55,839 bases of DNA from NCBI GenBank assembly GCA_035296885.1, contig DATHAB010000055.1, positions 1-55,839 of the forward strand, read 5' to 3'. Shown here in pieces: positions 48,840 through 55,839 of this stretch. The DNA is from Rubrobacteraceae bacterium. GTDB lineage: Bacteria > Actinomycetota > Rubrobacteria > Rubrobacterales > Rubrobacteraceae. The notes beneath the pieces were generated by a model, which had not been told where the DNA came from, did no database searches, and saw only the letters and a program-made list of their open reading frames with translations. The stretch's first letter is position 1, and the number at the start of each line of letters is the position of its first letter. The translations under genes and the position numbers were made by a program.

Positions 48840-50755
48840 CGTAGTCTGTCCTCCTTCCTCGCGTTTGGGGCGGGAGTAGGATCTGGGGGCGGAGGATCGT
48901 TCTTCGTACTTTCACGATCCGGGGGGACGTTGTAGTAGCTCAATGTAAAGCCCATAACGTCTTGGAAAGCCGGGGCGGCGACAACCTCGCCAAAGATATC
49001 CTTCTGCGGTTCGTCTACTACCATTAGAGTGAGGTACTTGGGATCTTTAGCGGGGGCGTAGCCGATAAAAGAGGTAACGTACTCATCTCCGTAAGAACCA
49101 GCCTCGGGGTCAACTTTCTGTGCGGTCCCGGTCTTGCCAGCCACAGTGTATCCTGGAATCTGGGCTAGATGACCCGTCCCTTCGTCAACTACGCCTTGGA
49201 GCATCCCGCGTACTATAGACGAGGTCCTCTCGCTTATCACCCGACGGCCGGGCTCACTGGGGGCAGAGCTTCTTGCCACATAAGGGGTGACCTCGAGCCC
49301 CCCGTTAGCGAGTGCGGCGTAGCCGGCGGCGAGCCGCATCGGGGTCACGGTAATTCCCTGGCCTATCGGAATGTTGCCGATAGAGGAGCCGCTCCACTCT
49401 TCGAAGGAAGGTATTACACCTCTATCCTCGCCCCAGAGGTCCACCCCGGTCTCCTCCCCAAACCCGAAGCTCACGATGCGCTCGCTCAGACGCTCGCCTC
49501 CTACAGCCTGGGCGACCTGAATCGTGCCTACGTTGCTCGACTCTGCGAGGATATCTCCAGTATTTAAAACCTTTGTCTCATGTACCTCTGAGTCGTAGAT
49601 CATACGATCGGCTACCGGGATTGCGTCAGGTACCACGAACGTACTGTCTTGACTAACGGCCCCTTCTTCAAGGGCCGCCGCCATCGTGAAGGGCTTGAAT
49701 GTCGAGCCCGGCTCGTAAGGGTCAGTGAGTACCCTGTTGCGCTGCTTCTCCGCCGAAGCCTCTCCGAAGTTATTGTTGTCGTAGCTGGGAACGTTCGCTA
49801 AAGCCAAGATCGCCCCATCCTCGACCCGCATCACGAGCCCCAAAGCTTTCTTGCCTTCGTACTCTTTTGCAGCGTCAAGCAGAACCCTTTCGAGCTCCTG
49901 CTGGACCGCAGTGTCTAAGGTTAGGGGCACTTCTTGCCCGCTCTTCAGCTCCTCATCATAACGAGCCTCGATTCCGCCATAGGCCCTGTCAGCCCCAAGG
50001 TGTCCTATAAGTTGGCTAGCGAGCTGGCCGTTGGGGTAGGCCCGCACCGCGTCCGGTGCCACCGAAACACCTACAAGGCCGAGCTCCCTTATCTCGCGTG
50101 CCTTCTCCGGTTCGATCTTCTCAGCCACGATACTGTAGCCGCTGAGACTACCGTCCTCGTTTCTCTCCGATAACTTGGCTTCGATCTCAGAGGCGTCACT
50201 CGCTTCTGAGCCGAGCACCTCGGCCAGCACCTCGGCGGTTCCTCTCGGATCTCTTACCTGGTACGGGGTGGCGACAATCTCGGCGGCCTCCAGGCTCGTC
50301 GCCAAAGGACGGTCGTCGGAGCTGACTACCGACCCTCGGTAACGATCCTCCGCCGCTGCTTGCGGTCGCTGCTCAGACGCGAACGCCTGGTAGCGAGTAT
50401 CCTTAGTGACGCTCAACTGCGCTGCACGCGCCCCCAAAGAGAGACACACCAGCGCTACCATCCCCACCACCAGACGAAGCCTCCAACGGCCCACCGCCTT
50501 CCTCGCCGGTCGCTGATCCACTCCCTTTCCGGAGCGTTTCGAGCGCCGCCCTTGGGGGAGTGGTATGACTTTCGCCTCTCCTTTGTGCCTCCCGCGTCCT
50601 TTGGCAACGGCGTTTTTTCCCCGGCCACCCCTCCGGGAGTCATCGCCGGCGACTCTAGTCGCTCCCCTAGAGGTAGTGCGCCTTGAGTTATCACTCGCCA
50701 GTCCTTTTGTCCTTCTCTCCCCCGCCATTCGCCACGTCCTCCCCGTCGCTCCCAT
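48836..50755 (-). CDS. ftsI: Class B penicillin-binding protein FtsI; true start may be a few codons downstream
   Basis: EPGSTFK (SxxK), SSN, GKTGTAQ, single TM. Confidence 0.95.
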   Translation of the reverse strand: MGATGRTWRMAGERRTKGLASDNSRRTTSRGATRVAGDDSRRGGRGKNAVAKGRGRHKGEAKVIPLPQGRRSKRSGKGVDQRPARKAVGRWRLRLVVGMVALVCLSLGARAAQLSVTKDTRYQAFASEQRPQAAAEDRYRGSVVSSDDRPLATSLEAAEIVATPYQVRDPRGTAEVLAEVLGSEASDASEIEAKLSERNEDGSLSGYSIVAEKIEPEKAREIRELGLVGVSVAPDAVRAYPNGQLASQLIGHLGADRAYGGIEARYDEELKSGQEVPLTLDTAVQQELERVLLDAAKEYEGKKALGLVMRVEDGAILALANVPSYDNNNFGEASAEKQRNRVLTDPYEPGSTFKPFTMAAALEEGAVSQDSTFVVPDAIPVADRMIYDSEVHETKVLNTGDILAESSNVGTIQVAQAVGGERLSERIVSFGFGEETGVDLWGEDRGVIPSFEEWSGSSIGNIPIGQGITVTPMRLAAGYAALANGGLEVTPYVARSSAPSEPGRRVISERTSSIVRGMLQGVVDEGTGHLAQIPGYTVAGKTGTAQKVDPEAGSYGDEYVTSFIGYAPAKDPKYLTLMVVDEPQKDIFGEVVAAPAFQDVMGFTLSYYNVPPDRESTKNDPPPPDPTPAPNARKEDRLR

Positions 50756-51131
50756 CGTGAGTCATGAGATTTTTACCGCCCGGATCTTCCATCCAGAGGT
50801 TTTCCTTGGCTAACTTCCGAATCCTCCCCGGTTCCGAAAGCTCTGTAAGTCGTACCTCGAGCCGCTCCCCCTCGTCCTCGGTTGTGGTCTTCTCCTCCTC
50901 GAGCCGAGCCGCCTCTGCGGCGAGCCCAGCAGCCACGGTGTGTATGTAGATGCTCCCCAGCATCAACAGCACCGGCACCACCACCAGCACAAAAAACACT
51001 CGCCCTGGCCACGCCACGCGGCGGGCCCACCCCACCGCTCCATCCGAAACACCTCGCCTCTTTGGCTGCCTGTAGACAGGTTGCTCGGCGGGTTGGCGGT
51101 ATCGCAGCCTCTTTTTCTGCGCTGCAACCAC
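50691..51131 (-). CDS. ftsL: FtsL-like cell division protein
   Basis: TM plus coiled coil plus LSEPGRIRKLAKENLWM; between rsmH and ftsI. Confidence 0.75.
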   Translation of the reverse strand: MVAAQKKRLRYRQPAEQPVYRQPKRRGVSDGAVGWARRVAWPGRVFFVLVVVPVLLMLGSIYIHTVAAGLAAEAARLEEEKTTTEDEGERLEVRLTELSEPGRIRKLAKENLWMEDPGGKNLMTHDGSDGEDVANGGGEKDKRTGE

Positions 51132-52081
51132 TAGAAAGATCCCTCCGCCAACCCGAGTGGCTCCGAGGTGCGCATTGCGGAACGCAGGCGTGCCGAAGCG
51201 CTGCGTGGGTTCTCTTCGATCTCATGTGCCGAAGGCGCCCGGACGACGCCCTTGCGAAAAATGGGGCGTGCCCCACACGCGCAGACCGGAAGCTCCGGTG
51301 GACAGACACAATGTCCGACGCGCTCAGAGATAAAGTGCTTTACCAGGCGGTCCTCGCCAGAGTGAAACGTGATAGCCACTAGCTGCCCGCCGGGAGACAA
51401 GAGCCGCTCTGTGGCGCTAAGAGCACGCTCGAGACCACCCAACTCGTCGTTGATGTACATCCGCACGGCCTGAAAGATCCTCTTCGCCGGGTTGCCACCC
51501 CTCTCCTTCCAGCCAACCGCCGCACGTACGGTCTCCGACAACTCCAGGGTCGTCCGGAGGGGTCGCCTACGCAAGACCTCTTTAGCCACCCGCCGGGCTT
51601 CGCCGCGGGAAACGTTCCCGTACCGGACGAGTACCTCTGAGATCTCTACCTCTCCGGCAGCGTTCAAGAAATCCGCTGCCGACTTCCCCCGGCTCGGGTT
51701 CATCCGCATGTCAAGCGGGCCCTTTCGAACGTAACTAAAACCCCGTCCGGCCTCATCCACCTGGTAACTAGAGAGTCCAAGATCGAAGAGAACCGCATCT
51801 ATCCCCTCGCTCTCCTCCACAAGGTCCGTCAGAACCTGGTCGTAGGCACCGGGCCTAAAAGTAAAGCGCCGGTCCTCCTTCATGAGTACCGACGCCCTCT
51901 CTGCCGCATCTGGGTCACTATCTATACCGATGACCCTCCCTTCAGGACCGAATTCTTCTAGTATCCGCCTAGTATGTCCTCCACCGCCGAACGTGGCGTC
52001 CACTACAATCTCCCCGGCGGAGAGCGCGAGTGCCTGCACGGCTTCCTCTAACATTACTGGATAGTGCCCCGTCGCCATCAA
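51131..52081 (-). CDS. rsmH: 16S rRNA m4C1402 methyltransferase
   Basis: HYPVM, DATFGGGGH, DLGLSS, PLDMRM, FHSGEDR, NPRSASARLR. Confidence 0.97.
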   Translation of the reverse strand: MMATGHYPVMLEEAVQALALSAGEIVVDATFGGGGHTRRILEEFGPEGRVIGIDSDPDAAERASVLMKEDRRFTFRPGAYDQVLTDLVEESEGIDAVLFDLGLSSYQVDEAGRGFSYVRKGPLDMRMNPSRGKSAADFLNAAGEVEISEVLVRYGNVSRGEARRVAKEVLRRRPLRTTLELSETVRAAVGWKERGGNPAKRIFQAVRMYINDELGGLERALSATERLLSPGGQLVAITFHSGEDRLVKHFISERVGHCVCPPELPVCACGARPIFRKGVVRAPSAHEIEENPRSASARLRSAMRTSEPLGLAEGSF

Positions 52082-52518
52082 ACCGTAAAATCCCTTCCGG
52101 CAAACTCCTCAACGATATCCGCAAAGGACTCGTCAGCACCCGTGAGATAGCGGTTCCACTCGGTGGTGTCCCAGATCTCCAGCCGGTCGTCTACCCCAGC
52201 CAACGTGACGTCGCGGCTAAGACCTGCGTACTGAGCTAGCTTGGTTGGAAGCAAAACTCGCCCCTGCTTATCGAGTGTCGCCTCGAACGCCATCGAGAAG
52301 AACATCCTGCTGAGCTGACGCCCCTTTGCTGAAAGGTCCGCGTTAGCTTTGACGTTCGCCTTAAACGCTGCCCACTCCTCAGGTGGGAAAGCAAACAAAC
52401 ATCGGTCGATACCTTTCGTGATGACGATACCCCCCTCGAAATAAGGTCTGAGCCGGGAGGGGAGAGTCAGCCGCCCTTTCTCGTCCAGGGTATGCTCGTA
52501 CTCTCCAAGAAGCGCCAG
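52078..52518 (-). CDS. mraZ: Transcriptional regulator MraZ; probable CTG start
   Basis: In-frame LLGEYEHTLDEKGRLTLP upstream of the tracked ORF, plus a second DKQGRVLLP repeat. Confidence 0.95.
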   Translation of the reverse strand: MALLGEYEHTLDEKGRLTLPSRLRPYFEGGIVITKGIDRCLFAFPPEEWAAFKANVKANADLSAKGRQLSRMFFSMAFEATLDKQGRVLLPTKLAQYAGLSRDVTLAGVDDRLEIWDTTEWNRYLTGADESFADIVEEFAGRDFTV

Positions 52519-52529
52519 GGTGTGGTCCT

Positions 52530-52554
52530 TCCACTACAACCCACTTTGACCCAC
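52530..52554 (-). promoter_or_regulatory. MraZ operator: three GTGG(G/A) boxes at a 10-nt period
   Basis: GTGGG-tcaaa-GTGGG-ttgta-GTGGA immediately upstream of mraZ. Confidence 0.8.
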
Positions 52555-52877
52555 GACGTAAGAAATTCTTGCATATCCGCAGAAAATACGCAAATAGTCG
52601 CTGGGTTTCGTTCTCCTTAACACGAGTAAGTCCGGTTAATCCGTGTCTGTTCCCTCCCCCTAAGGGGGTGGATACCCCTTCTGCATGATACAGAGTTGGT
52701 CTTAAAGATGGCCGGCGACATTGCCTGGCAGGGTTTCGAGTTTTATGCACTTACCTAACATCTGGTGTTAGGAATAGCGAATGCCCTATATATGGGTGTC
52801 TGGAAATATATGAGAAGGTCGTGAGGCAAAGGCTCTAGCGGCTGGCGTTGAGCTTTGGGAAGACAGGGAGGTCGCGG

Positions 52878-52951
52878 TGGGCCCACCAGGACTCGAACCT
52901 GGGACCGTCCGATTATGAGTCGGATGCTCTAACCAACTGAGCTATGGGCCC
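52878..52951 (-). tRNA. tRNA-Ile2 (CAT, lysidine type); elongator Met less likely
   Basis: Cloverleaf GGGCCCA...TCCGA-CTCATAA-TCGGA...TTCGAGT...TGGGCCCA; C4-G69/C5-G68 pairs; CCA not encoded. Confidence 0.9.
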
Positions 52952-52982
52952 TCGTCAGGCGCTTCCCTAAGGCTGCGCCGAG

Positions 52983-53055
<73 letters not shown>

Positions 53056-53070
53056 AGGTCTATCTAGAGG

Positions 53071-53099
53071 AGTATAAGGTCTCGGAGCCGGGGCTTCAA
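53071..53099 (-). promoter_or_regulatory. Housekeeping sigma promoter of the tRNA pair
   Basis: TTGAAG-17 nt-TATACT; the -35 overlaps the dnaG stop. Confidence 0.7.
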
Positions 53100-54865
53100 G
53101 ATTCCAGGGTGCGGTTACTCGCCTCCACAGCGGCCGCGTTTAGGTTCTTGATCTGCTCGTGCAACCGGTACTTCTCGTCGAGGTCGTCGGTTAGTGTCTT
53201 GGCTTTCGCACGACTCAGGGCCGCCAGCCTGAACCAGGCGGCGTGCAAGGAGGCCGCCGAAGGGTAAAGCCTCTCCCCCACGGCCTGGAGAGCGGAGATC
53301 TCGTCTAGCAGAGGCCGAGCTCTCTCGTCGGAGAGTACGAGGCCAAGATCGGGGTACTCAGCCAACAAAGAGAAGATTTTCGCGTGCGCCTCGTCGACGA
53401 AGTCGCTTGTTTCGAGCACGACAGGCTCGTCCAGGAAGTTTGGAGATGTCATACCGTTACGCAAGGCGTGGGACGCCAGATCGGAGCGGGCGAGCAAGAG
53501 GGCAAGGACCTCGCGACCTGCCTCGGCAAGCGAATCGGAAGGAACTGACTGCAGCCTTTGGCGAGAGGATGCTGCCCCGTTCGTCTGACCAGACTTCTTG
53601 CGGAGCACTTCCGGGTCTACACCCAGGGCTTCCGTAGCCACGCGGAGGGCATCACGCTCAAAGACGGGGTCTTCGATCTGTTGTATAAGCTCCTTTATCT
53701 CTGACATCGTCCGGGAGCGCTCTGCGGCATCGGCGCCTCGCGCATGCTCAGCCTTGCGGCGGAACGTATATTCCAGCACTGGCATAGCCCTTGAGAGGAG
53801 GTTGAGGAACTCCTTAGGGGGATGTTGGAGAAGCCAGTCGGCAGGGTCTTCGGGGAGACGCAAGACCCGGAGATCGAGCCTCAACCCAGCAGCCGTGATC
53901 GCGGCCCTCTCAACGGCCTTTTCGCCAGCCTCATCAGGGTCGAAGAGCAAGTAGATGGTGTCGGCATGTCCGCTCAAGCTTTTCAGGTGTTGCTCGGTCA
54001 TCGCCGTACCCAGGGTAGCTACGGCATTCTTGATTCCGGACTGGTAAAGCATTAGCACATCTGTGTAGCCCTCGACCACAAGGGCTGCCTTCTCTTTGCG
54101 CATCGCTTCGGAGACCTGGGGGAAGCCATAGAGGAGAGAACGCTTGTTGAAGAGGTCTGTCTCGGGAGAGTTTAGGTACTTTGGTTTCGCATCGCTGAGA
54201 GACCGGGCACCAAAGCCAACGATCCTGCCACGCTTATCGGAGATTGGAAACGTCATCCGGTCGGCAAACCGCTCGCCGCCGCGAGGTGAGAGTAGACCCG
54301 CCGCTGCGAGTGCCTCCCGGTCGAGACCGACCTTGCGAGCCGCCTCCATAAAACCCGCCCGTCGTTGGGGCGGCGCGTACCCAAGACGAAACTCCTCTAT
54401 AGTAGAACGCTCTAAACCCCGGCTCTTCAGGTAGCGGCGCACTTCTTCCGCCGTGGACGATTTGAGCAGAACCTTGTGGTAGTAGGCGGTTGCAGCAGCC
54501 AGGGCCTTGTATGCAGACCGGCGTCGAGCGCCGCTCTGCTCGGCATACTTTTCCTCCTCGGGGGAGCGGCCCTCGAACTTCAACTCGACACCGAAGCGCT
54601 CGGCCAGATGCGAAACTGCCTCTCCAAAAGAGAAAGACTTCAGTTCCGTTACGAGCTTTATGGTATCGCCGCCTCTTTGGCAACCGAAGCAGTAGTAAAA
54701 CCCCTTCTCAGGGGAGACGCTGAACGAAGGAGTCTTCTCGGAGTGGTAGGGGCAGAGGCCAATGAGGTTTGCCCCCTGGCGCTTGAGCGCTGTAAACTCA
54801 GAGGCTACCTCGACGATGTTCGCGGCCTCTCGCACGTCCTCTATGCTTCGGTGAGATATCTTCAA
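53096..54865 (-). CDS. dnaG: DNA primase
   Basis: CPYH...CFGC zinc finger, KYLNSPET, VEGYTD, FDPDEAG TOPRIM; start reassigned to TTG 54865 (LKISHRSIEDV). Confidence 0.97.
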   Translation of the reverse strand: MKISHRSIEDVREAANIVEVASEFTALKRQGANLIGLCPYHSEKTPSFSVSPEKGFYYCFGCQRGGDTIKLVTELKSFSFGEAVSHLAERFGVELKFEGRSPEEEKYAEQSGARRRSAYKALAAATAYYHKVLLKSSTAEEVRRYLKSRGLERSTIEEFRLGYAPPQRRAGFMEAARKVGLDREALAAAGLLSPRGGERFADRMTFPISDKRGRIVGFGARSLSDAKPKYLNSPETDLFNKRSLLYGFPQVSEAMRKEKAALVVEGYTDVLMLYQSGIKNAVATLGTAMTEQHLKSLSGHADTIYLLFDPDEAGEKAVERAAITAAGLRLDLRVLRLPEDPADWLLQHPPKEFLNLLSRAMPVLEYTFRRKAEHARGADAAERSRTMSEIKELIQQIEDPVFERDALRVATEALGVDPEVLRKKSGQTNGAASSRQRLQSVPSDSLAEAGREVLALLLARSDLASHALRNGMTSPNFLDEPVVLETSDFVDEAHAKIFSLLAEYPDLGLVLSDERARPLLDEISALQAVGERLYPSAASLHAAWFRLAALSRAKAKTLTDDLDEKYRLHEQIKNLNAAAVEASNRTLES

Positions 54866-55319
54866 GACATACGCCTTTTTTGGTGTCGCGATACGAGCGT
54901 TTCTCTCCAATCCTGCGGCATGGTTCAATGGTACCCTACGGTGCCCAAGCGCGTATAAAAACCTTAAGGTCCTCGGCTGTGAGCACTGAGAATCTTTTGC
55001 CGAACCCCATGCTGGTACCGAGTATAGGAGCGACCGTGTACCACGCCGAAGAAAGGGCCCACGCCTGAGCAAGACGCTTTAATATAGTTGTTGAAGAATG
55101 CCAAGAGTAGAGGAGATGTTGCTCTGGAAGAAGGCGACAGAGCCGACGCAAGCCCGTGGTTGGTAGGTATCTCACAAAGAGGACAGCCACTTCGAGTTGA
55201 GTAACGAAAAGAAAAGGATGCTCGTCGAGGAAGTCCTGTCCTTAGCGCTATCAACTGGTAGTTAGCCTTTGCGGTCGATAGGCATATTGGCACCTGAGAA
55301 AGCTTGACCGGCCGAAGAG

Positions 55320-55839
55320 CTACTTAAAAATCGTGTCGCTTCGGGGTAAGAACAGCCGCTTGTAAGCGGCTAGCGCATAGCGGTCTGTCATTCCCGCGAC
55401 GAAGTCTATGGTCTCGGTGATAGGGTCGGAGTCCGTCTTAGGTCGCTCCTCGGGCCTCTCAAGATAGTGCTTGAAGAGGGCAGCGACCACATCCTCGACC
55501 TTACGGCTCTCGCGTGAGAGCGGGCTGAGGTACACGTTCTTGAAGAGCCAGGCCCTTAGCTTCATCAACGCTTCATGCACCTTTTCGGAGAGGCCGATCT
55601 CACCCCTCTCCTTCGACGTGAAGATCATGTCGCGCACCAAGGTGTTTATCCTGAGGCTCATCCGCTCGCCAAGTACTGCGATAGGCTCTTTGGGTAGGTC
55701 CTCGAACGAGATCACCCCCGCCCGCAAAGCGACGTCGACATCGTGGTTTACGTAGGCCATCCGGTCAGCGACGCGCACGATCTCACCTTCGCGCGTTGAT
55801 GGGTAACCTTTTCCGGTATGGTTTAATATCCCGTCTCTC
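55320..55839 (-). CDS. dgt: Deoxyguanosinetriphosphate triphosphohydrolase-like HD protein, C-terminal part
   Basis: GILNHTG...TREGEIVRVADRMAYVNHD, DFVAGMTDRYA; upstream of dnaG. Confidence 0.92.
   Translation of the reverse strand, partial: RDGILNHTGKGYPSTREGEIVRVADRMAYVNHDVDVALRAGVISFEDLPKEPIAVLGERMSLRINTLVRDMIFTSKERGEIGLSEKVHEALMKLRAWLFKNVYLSPLSRESRKVEDVVAALFKHYLERPEERPKTDSDPITETIDFVAGMTDRYALAAYKRLFLPRSDTIFK

Noticed and set aside
50773-51382. Alternative ORFs over ftsL and rsmH
   Set aside because: Alternate frames of established dcw genes
52520-52900. Integrated element at the tRNA 3' end
   Set aside because: No duplicated tRNA 3' fragment or integrase noticed in the window
52878-52951. 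Initiator tRNA-fMet call for the CAT tRNA
   Set aside because: Has a paired G1-C72 and lacks the three consecutive G-C pairs in the anticodon stem

Overview
Core-genome region of a high-GC bacterium (about 60% GC by eye). Gene content and order (mihF-gmk-rpoZ-coaBC-metK-priA, dgt-dnaG-tRNA-Asn, sepF/divIVA together with ftsA) suggest a deep-branching actinobacterium, probably Rubrobacter-like; this is inference. Almost all genes are on the minus strand. In transcription order: dgt (partial), dnaG, tRNA-Asn, tRNA-Ile2(CAT), the dcw cluster (mraZ to ftsZ, without murE, murB or ddl), pgeF-yggS-sepF-proC-yggT-divIVA-DUF167-rluD, a PyrR-controlled pyr operon (no pyrF or pyrE), mihF-gmk-rpoZ-coaBC-metK-priA-def-fmt, an orphan PglD/NeuD-like gene, aroC-K-B-Q, efp-nusB-ispA-tlyA-nadK-recN, a ~1.9 kb accessory islet, then pyrG-hypothetical-scpA-scpB-rluB-aroA (partial). 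I found no CRISPR array, transposase, integrase, prophage or multi-gene novel system. The best leads are small. Three genes appear to need non-canonical start codons (CTG, CTG, ATA), one of them coupled to a leaderless uORF. Several enzymes lack catalytic residues (CoaC domain, PglD-like protein, PgeF, PriA). The islet holds an Sm/Hfq-like small protein and an eroded Trp/Tyr-rich exported protein. An AT-rich insert with a PhoP-like direct repeat separates pyrK from pyrD.
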